Positions 28,936 to 35,597 of a stretch of 39,534 bases of DNA are shown here, piece by piece. The translations under genes were made by a program, and so were the position numbers. This DNA comes from Candidatus Poseidoniales archaeon (GTDB lineage Archaea; Thermoplasmatota; Poseidoniia; MGIII; CG-Epi1). Positions within the stretch are counted from its first letter, which is position 1, and each line of letters starts with the position of its first letter. The notes under the pieces were generated by a model. That model was not told the origin of the DNA. It saw only the letters and a program-made list of their open reading frames with translations, and ran no database searches. The DNA lies in NCBI GenBank assembly GCA_045567975.1, contig JBJLBY010000007.1, forward strand, positions 1 through 39,534, given 5' to 3'.

Positions 28936-31900
28936 TCAATTGTCAGCCTCAAAACCATCTGTCATTCCATCACCATCTGTGTCTTCATCCCAAGGATTGG
29001 TATTTGCTTCCTCTTCCCTCCAATTAGGGAAATTATGCCACACACCTTCCCAATCTTCCCAACCATCATCGTCATAATCTAAGAACCCATCAGCTCCATC
29101 AAGCGGATCTAAAGTCTGATTGGCTAACTTCGATTCGTGCTCATTCCAATATATTTCCCAGCCATCTGTGCAATTATCTGAATCTGTGTCTGCTTTAGTT
29201 GGATTTGTGCCTCTCAAGAATTCCTCATAATTTGTAAATTTCTCTGATGGTGACAACTCCCCGTCGCCATCAGCATCATATCCATCATTATCATTGTCAA
29301 ATACTGCATCTAGTGGAGAATTTGCATCTAAGCCATAATAGCCTTCCCAACCATCTGGCATGCCATCACCATCTGTATCATTATTCCGAGGATCTGTACC
29401 ATTCAAATATTCTTCATAATTTGTAAATTTTTCCCACTCTTCTATAGTTCCATTCTGGTTAAAATCCCAACCATCATCATCTAGGTCCTGTTCACCGTCA
29501 GCTGGATTAAATGGATCTAAATCAAACAGGAATTCCCAGCCATCTGGCATACCATCACCATCTGAATCGGGATTAGAAGGGTCTGTGACATAGCCATCAC
29601 TTCCAACAAAACATTCCTCCCAGTCTTCTATCATGTCTCCATCAGTATCTTTGAGTGTCGGATTAGAGCCAGTTATATTGTCTGAACTGAAGACATTATC
29701 ATCAAAGCCGTCAACTAAGCTATTATTGTATTCATGTAAATTAATCAAGGAATCGTTGTCTGAGTCTATCTGCGCATCACTTGAATTTAATGGTTGTAAA
29801 TTCCAATGTATCTCCCAACCATCTGGCATACCATCCCCATCAGTGTCACCATTTGTCGGATCTGTTCCATTCAAATATTCATGGAGATTGAAGAATTTCT
29901 CTAGATCTGTTATATTACCATTCCAATCAGCATCAAAACCATCGTTGTCAAGATCTTGAAGAGCATCTGTGGGATCTTTTGGATTAAGACCATATTTTGC
30001 TTCCCATCCATCTGGCATTCCATCGCCGTCTGTGTCATTACAAGTTGGATCTGTCAGATAATTGAACAACTCTTCACCATCTAACAAGCCGTCATCGTCA
30101 GTATCATTATCTCTAGGAGATGAAGAAGTTACATTATCTATTTCAAGGTAAGGACCTGCAGCAGTATTGTTGTATTCTAAACTGTTAATGACGCCATCTT
30201 GATCGGGATCTGCTCCTGCATCTAACGGATTAAGTGGATCTAAATCATGTATCCATTCCCAGCCATCCCACATACCGTCTAAATCTGTGTCAACATGACG
30301 TGGATCTGTATCTGCCTGAAACTCATAAACATTAATATGTTCTTCAATTTTCTCTATTGTTCCATTATAATTAGAATCAAAGCCATCATTGTCAAAATCA
30401 ATAGTTCCATCAAAATCATACAAGGGATTGAATCCGTAGTAAAGCTCCCAACCATCTGATGTACCATCATCATCAGTATCATTATCATTTGGTGAAGTAT
30501 TATTCAAAAATTCTTCAATATTAGTATAGGGTTCAGCCAATAAAACAAATCCATCTCGATTTGCATCATATCCATCATTATCACTATCCAAATCTGCATC
30601 AGAAGGGTCTGTAGGGGTAAGATTGTGGTATGCCTCCCAACCATCAAACATTGAATCTCCATCTGTATCATTGTTTGTCGGATCAGTGCCATTCAAATAT
30701 TCTTGTAGATTTGTAAAGTATTCATCAATTGAGATAGCCAAATTGCGATCATAGTCCCAGCCATCATTGTCCAGATCTTGGTTTGCATCCAAAGGAGATA
30801 TTGGATTGAGGCCATATTGATACTCCCATCCATCTGGCATTCCATCTCCGTCAGTATCATTGCTAGTTGGATCTGTGAATGAGAAATACAATTCATCATT
30901 ATCTGTTATGCCATCTCCATCGGTATCATTTGCATCAGGTCTAGTCGATAATATTCCATCTACATCAACCCAGCCAGTCTCGACTAGACTATTGTTGAAT
31001 TCATACAAATTTGGTAAAATGTCATCATCTTTATCTCCAAAATTATCTGAAGGTTGTAATGGATTTAAATCAAAATAAACTTCCCATCCATCTGACATAG
31101 TATCTTCATCTGTATCTGAAGAATATGGGTTAGTTTGATTGAAAAATTCCATATAATTGAGATACCTTTCTCCAAAAGACATCTCTGAATCATAATTTGC
31201 GTCCCACCCATCATTATCTGGATCTAACCATGCATCTGCATTATTTATCGGATTAAAACTACTGTTTGAAGTTAAACCTTTGTGTTTTTCCTTACAATTA
31301 TTATCACTTAGACAAATTGCCAACCAATCTGACCAAAAAATTTCCCATCCATCTGTCATCCAGTCTGCATCGGTATCATTTACCCAAGGACTAGTGCCTG
31401 CTTGATATTCTTCCAAATTAGTAAACATTTCATCGGAATTTATGATATTATTGCCATCTGCATCATATCCATCATTGTCATTATCCTCCTCAGCATCAAT
31501 ATCTGAAATTGGATTTAAATTATAGTAATCCTCCCAACCATCTGGCATACCATCACCATCACTGTCTGAATTGGTTGGATCTGTGCTATTTCCTAATATC
31601 AAACGCATCTCAAATTCCATTAAATTAGTAAAATATTCATCTTCTTCAATCAATCCATTACGATTCCTATCATGACCATCCATGTCAAAATCCAGAGCTG
31701 CATCAGCTGCATCAAAAGGATCTAAACCATAATCCATTTCCCACCAATCTGGCATTCCATCATTATCACTATCTTGTGTCGGTAAGTTCGAATCTAAAGT
31801 AGCCGATTCTGATTCAATATGTTGAGAAGATCTGAAAGAAACTAAGGGGGGGGGGGGGCGAAAATGGAAGGGCTGCAAGTAGCATAATCACTACTGCTAG

Positions 31901-31942
31901 GACTACGTAACGCCTTCCGCCACCTGCATTGGGGTCCGCCAT
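28936..31942 (-). CDS. secreted, highly acidic thrombospondin-type-3-like Ca-binding repeat protein (about 15 repeats); frame interrupted at a poly-C(13) tract just after the signal peptide
   Basis: The body is the 980-aa track ORF (28936..31878), built of repeated DxDxDG(M)PDGWE..YGLNP...DxDNDG.D...NG.I...E.FTNLxEYLNGTDP units. The real start is inferred to be ATG 31942, in another frame (MADPNAGGGRRYVVLAVVIMLLAALPFS-PPPP). The frames join if the C-run is 12 nt instead of 13 nt. Confidence 0.7.
31846..31858 (-). repeat. homopolymer: 13 G on plus strand (13 C on the coding strand)
   Basis: Read directly from the sequence: actaa-GGGGGGGGGGGGG-cgaaaatgg. It is the longest G/C homopolymer I noticed in the window and lies between the signal-peptide codons and the mature protein. 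Confidence 0.95.
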
Positions 31943-31964
31943 AGGTAACTAGGTTATCACTGGT

Positions 31965-31971
31965 CTATAAA
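31965..31971 (-). promoter_or_regulatory. TATA-like box (TTTATAG) for the TSP3-repeat gene / cluster
   Basis: Centred at 31968, exactly about 26 nt upstream of ATG 31942. This supports 31942 as a leaderless start. Confidence 0.35.
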
Positions 31972-31982
31972 GGGTTCATCGG

Positions 31983-33059
31983 TCAAATATACTGCAAGCT
32001 ACGAGGCAGTGATGTCAAGCTTTGTGAATCAGACTCTGAAAGGTAAACATCATCCTCTATGCGAATACCGCCTAAATCTGGGATATAGATTCCTGGTTCA
32101 ATAGTAAAAGTCATACCTTTTTGCAGAACAAAACTACTATCTGGTTTGATGTAAGGTTCCTCATGTATTTCAAGACCTAAACCATGACCTGTTCTATGTG
32201 TGAAATACTGACCAAAACCTGCATCTTCAATTATTTTTCTAGCTGCGGAGTCAACATCTCCAGCTTTTACTCCAACTTTTGCTATATTTCTTGCAGATTC
32301 ATTAGCCGATTTTACTGCATTATATGCCTCAAGCAAATTAGAATTTATGGTGCTACCAAGAGCAAATGTTCTTGTTATATCTGAAAAATAACCCTTGTAA
32401 TTAGCTCCCCAATCAATGATTATCAGCTCATTTTCCTCAAATTTCTTGTCTCCAGGATAATGATGCGGATTGGCCGCATTAACACCAGAAGCTACAATTG
32501 GTGAAAAAGGAAGATCTGACAATGAACCATTACGCAATAATTGTATCACCAATTCTGAGGCAAATTCCTTCTCAGTTACACCTGGTTTTATTTTGTCGAG
32601 AATAGACATTATTGACATCTCAGCAATACTTACTGCTTCAGCCATTAATTCCAATTCTGTAGAAGACTTAGGCATCCTAAGTGTAGCGAATATATCAGTA
32701 GCGTCATGAATATCAATTGAGATATCTTTTGCATTAATAATATCCAACTCTATATGGCGAATTAAGCGAGATTCAACTCCTAATTTTTTAATCTTCCGAT
32801 TAAATTTACTAAACGCCGATTCATAGCCTTCTTGATCATTATAAGTTATAAAATCAAAACCCAAATTCGATATCTTTGGACTTTCTAGCTCAGGTAAAAT
32901 GAAAGTGGAATTACTTTTTTCTATGAAGAGAACAACGGGCCTTTCACTCAAGTGAAACTTGGAGCCAGTTAGATACTCCATATTAGGACCAGGAACAATT
33001 GCCAATCCATCAAAAGAATGCTGACCCATAATCTCTCTAATTCTTTCGAGGTTCTTCAT
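31983..33059 (-). CDS. M24B family Xaa-Pro aminopeptidase/dipeptidase
   Basis: 358 aa. Creatinase-like N-domain plus pita-bread fold with metal ligands in IIIDWGANYKGYFSDITRT, HRTGHGLGLEIHEEP, TIEPGIY and GIRIEDDV. Confidence 0.88.
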   Translation of the reverse strand: MKNLERIREIMGQHSFDGLAIVPGPNMEYLTGSKFHLSERPVVLFIEKSNSTFILPELESPKISNLGFDFITYNDQEGYESAFSKFNRKIKKLGVESRLIRHIELDIINAKDISIDIHDATDIFATLRMPKSSTELELMAEAVSIAEMSIMSILDKIKPGVTEKEFASELVIQLLRNGSLSDLPFSPIVASGVNAANPHHYPGDKKFEENELIIIDWGANYKGYFSDITRTFALGSTINSNLLEAYNAVKSANESARNIAKVGVKAGDVDSAARKIIEDAGFGQYFTHRTGHGLGLEIHEEPYIKPDSSFVLQKGMTFTIEPGIYIPDLGGIRIEDDVYLSESDSQSLTSLPRSLQYI

Positions 33060-33107
33060 AGTGGCCTATAGACCCTCTCTCTTATTATGTGACCCCAATA
33101 GCGTAAC

Positions 33108-33878
33108 GTGGATTTGGAAACATATAACAAATTAATTGAAGAATTTAAAGAATATCCAGGTTATGGTGTGCATACTGGCGTCGATAAAGTATCTGAAAAA
33201 ATAGGGCAACCTTATGATGCTACAAGGGCAATAAGATCTCAATACCTACAACGTAAATCAATTAGAAATCACTACAGAGTTAAAGAAAAAGCTGGTTTAC
33301 ACTACAAAAAATGGAAAGAAGGAAAGACAATCAGTGAACTAGCTCTGGATCTTGATTTTCCTCCCATTTTATTGGCAAATTTTCTAATGCCAAAAATGAG
33401 ATACTCAAAGAAAAGAAGCAAAGAAATAATGAAGAATACGGATTTAGTAAAAAATAATAAGCGATTAAAGGATGAATTGGATGAAATTCTGGGCAGAGAC
33501 GAACTGTACACTCCATTTTCCCATGGCAAACAGTCTGCTGAAGGTAACCGAAGAGAAGATAAAATTGCTGTATGGCTAGACAAAAAAGAAATTGAATATT
33601 TTACTGAAAATGATCTCAGAGCTGGAACTGTAGAAGGTAAAACTCCAGATTTCTTACTATTGAAACCTATGACATGGCATGGTGACGAATATAATTGGAT
33701 TGAATCAAAAGCTAGCTTTGGTGATGAATATATTCATAGAAAAAATCACAGAGGCCAAGTTTCAGAATATGTAGAATTATATGGTCAAGGAATTTTGGTA
33801 TACTGGTATGGATATCTTAATGTTCTAAAATCTAGAGGATATACTATAGTTGATAGACACGAAATGGGATTAGAATAA
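33108..33878 (+). CDS. PD-(D/E)XK nuclease-fold protein with TPD motif (CDIN1/C15orf41-like), N-terminal helical/HTH-like region
   Basis: 256 aa with a GTG start. C-terminal motifs REDKIAVWL (acidic motif I), GKTPDFLLL (D; codons 33642-33650 = TPD), WIESKASFGD (E-x-K; 33702-33710). N-terminal half WKEGKTISELALDLDFPPILLANFLM looks HTH-like. Confidence 0.55.
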   Translation: MDLETYNKLIEEFKEYPGYGVHTGVDKVSEKIGQPYDATRAIRSQYLQRKSIRNHYRVKEKAGLHYKKWKEGKTISELALDLDFPPILLANFLMPKMRYSKKRSKEIMKNTDLVKNNKRLKDELDEILGRDELYTPFSHGKQSAEGNRREDKIAVWLDKKEIEYFTENDLRAGTVEGKTPDFLLLKPMTWHGDEYNWIESKASFGDEYIHRKNHRGQVSEYVELYGQGILVYWYGYLNVLKSRGYTIVDRHEMGLE

Positions 33879-35597
33879 TTATTTCTTTTTAGAATCTACT
33901 ACAATACTGTGCTTGGAATCTTTCAAATCTTCTTCATCTAATTCTGAATTTGTAATCACGGAAGATTCAACATTGACATTATCTTTACTGAATTCAAGAG
34001 TAGATTTACTAATAACAGAATGCTGAATATTGATAATCTGGGTTACTTGCGTTGGTCTGGCGGCTTGTATCCTAGATAAAACCCTAGCAGCAATAGGTAA
34101 ATCCGAATTGAGAGAAGTTACTTCTCTTATCATCTCGATATCAACACCTAATTTTTCCAAATCAGATAATGTGTAATTGTATGTCAAGGTATCAACCATT
34201 GAAAGGAATGAGTCTTTCTCACGAAGCATATTTTTCTTGTAACGTGATACAGTAATATCCCAAGCACCAGTAACTGCTTGTTTCTTGTATTTATCTTCAT
34301 AAGTTTTGTCTGCAAATTTGAGTTTAATAGTCTGAATGTCAGCCCTTAATGGATTATTTCGTCCAGTTCCTTGAAGAACATCTGCCCAAGTATCGTGTGG
34401 GAAACCAATTGTAGTTCCCTCTCCAGACAAATAGACAATCATCTGATTGAAAGTGTTATGATTTTGTTTGTCATCAAACATTTCCTCAAATTCGGATTCA
34501 ATCTCATCTGCAAAAGAACGATAGAGCATCTCATTGCATCTTCTATCTCTCATATAATCTGACAGGAATATCATACAAGCTAAAGCGTGTAATCCTCCTT
34601 TCTTGTAATTTGGACCATCTTTCAACAATCTTTGCAATATCAGAGCCACATAATTTTCCATTCCTTTTCTAGAATTATCTGTTACAAAATTCTTTGTTAA
34701 TGCCGAAATGCCATTGTATTGCATTTCCTTAATCATTAGCCAAATAAAAATTGGACTTCCCTGTGCATAATTTGTCAATTCTTTGATAGAAGATGGATCA
34801 TGCTTAATGTTTGAGAAATCAAACATTCTCTCGCATAATCGAGAAACATTATCGTCCGAAAATAAAGGAACTGTTAGACGCTTAAACTTCTTCTGAAAAT
34901 CGTCTGGCAATTTATTCCAATCTGCTTCTCTAGCTGTAACAACTAAACCTTTAGCATCATTATCCATAATCCCTTGAACAATATCGATATTCTCTGGAAT
35001 ATCGTCATAAAATAATCTAATTCCAAATTCTAAATGTGCATCAGACATTTCTGTTGTTGTAAGTATACCAGTTGGAACTTTGTCCATAAATGAATCAAAT
35101 ATTTCAAATAATAGAGTAGTTTTCCCTACGCCGGGTTCTCCAATAATAACATAATTATCATCAGATTTACTGCTCAAAACCTCTAGAATATGTGAAGCTC
35201 GCTCATCATCCAAATAAACATTTTTTCTAAGATTTGGTGGAAGGCTCCATTCACTCAAGACAGTCGCTGGGTCAGTTGGAATCTCAAAATAAGATGATAC
35301 TGAAATATCCTTGAAATTATTGTGTAGCTTGTCTAATTCTTTGACATTATCTGGCCATTCTGCATAACACTTCCAACGACTTGTGAATAAATCAAGAAAA
35401 GTTTTGCCGTCTGGAGCTAAATCTGCTGGTTTTTCCCATTCTTGAACTGAGGATCTATACTGTAGATTATTATCTTCTTTCTTGGTTTCGACCTTTGCAG
35501 GAGGTTCAATTTTTTCACCGCGATCAAATTTTCTTTTCTTCGAATCTGCAAGAGCTTTAGCTTTCTGAATCCTCTCAAGGATTTCTTCATAAGACAT
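33879..35597 (-). CDS. STAND / NB-ARC-like P-loop NTPase, cytoplasmic
   Basis: 572 aa. Walker A VIIGEPGVGKTTLLFEI, Walker B IRLFYDDIPE, and an hhhTxR-type sensor motif LVVTAREADW about 25 aa later, then a helical domain of about 330 aa. Its ATG overlaps the stop of the upstream giant gene (TAATG at 35595-35599). Confidence 0.6.
   Translation of the reverse strand: MSYEEILERIQKAKALADSKKRKFDRGEKIEPPAKVETKKEDNNLQYRSSVQEWEKPADLAPDGKTFLDLFTSRWKCYAEWPDNVKELDKLHNNFKDISVSSYFEIPTDPATVLSEWSLPPNLRKNVYLDDERASHILEVLSSKSDDNYVIIGEPGVGKTTLLFEIFDSFMDKVPTGILTTTEMSDAHLEFGIRLFYDDIPENIDIVQGIMDNDAKGLVVTAREADWNKLPDDFQKKFKRLTVPLFSDDNVSRLCERMFDFSNIKHDPSSIKELTNYAQGSPIFIWLMIKEMQYNGISALTKNFVTDNSRKGMENYVALILQRLLKDGPNYKKGGLHALACMIFLSDYMRDRRCNEMLYRSFADEIESEFEEMFDDKQNHNTFNQMIVYLSGEGTTIGFPHDTWADVLQGTGRNNPLRADIQTIKLKFADKTYEDKYKKQAVTGAWDITVSRYKKNMLREKDSFLSMVDTLTYNYTLSDLEKLGVDIEMIREVTSLNSDLPIAARVLSRIQAARPTQVTQIINIQHSVISKSTLEFSKDNVNVESSVITNSELDEEDLKDSKHSIVVDSKKK

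Noticed and set aside
28265-31078. Plus-strand and out-of-frame ORFs inside the two repeat genes (28265..28477, 29633..29959, 30504..30692, 30693..30899, 30860..31078)
   Set aside because: They are Ser/Pro-rich or Met/Ile-rich mirror translations of GAT/GGN-rich repeat DNA. They are fully nested in long, motif-rich ORFs, so they are compositional artefacts.
29351-31548. Recurring CCATCTGGCAT...CCATC cores considered as a CRISPR-like or intergenic repeat array
   Set aside because: The spacing is irregular (about 190-820 nt). All copies are in frame and encode DG(M)PDGW of the TSP3-like repeats, and there are no spacers or leader. They are coding repeats, not CRISPR.
33108-35597. Nuclease + STAND NTPase as a two-gene defence or toxin module
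   Set aside because: The genes are convergent (stop-to-stop), not co-transcribed. The NTPase is instead translationally coupled to the upstream surface-protein gene. There is no methylase, no helicase and no other defence hallmarks nearby, so this is not supportable from sequence alone.
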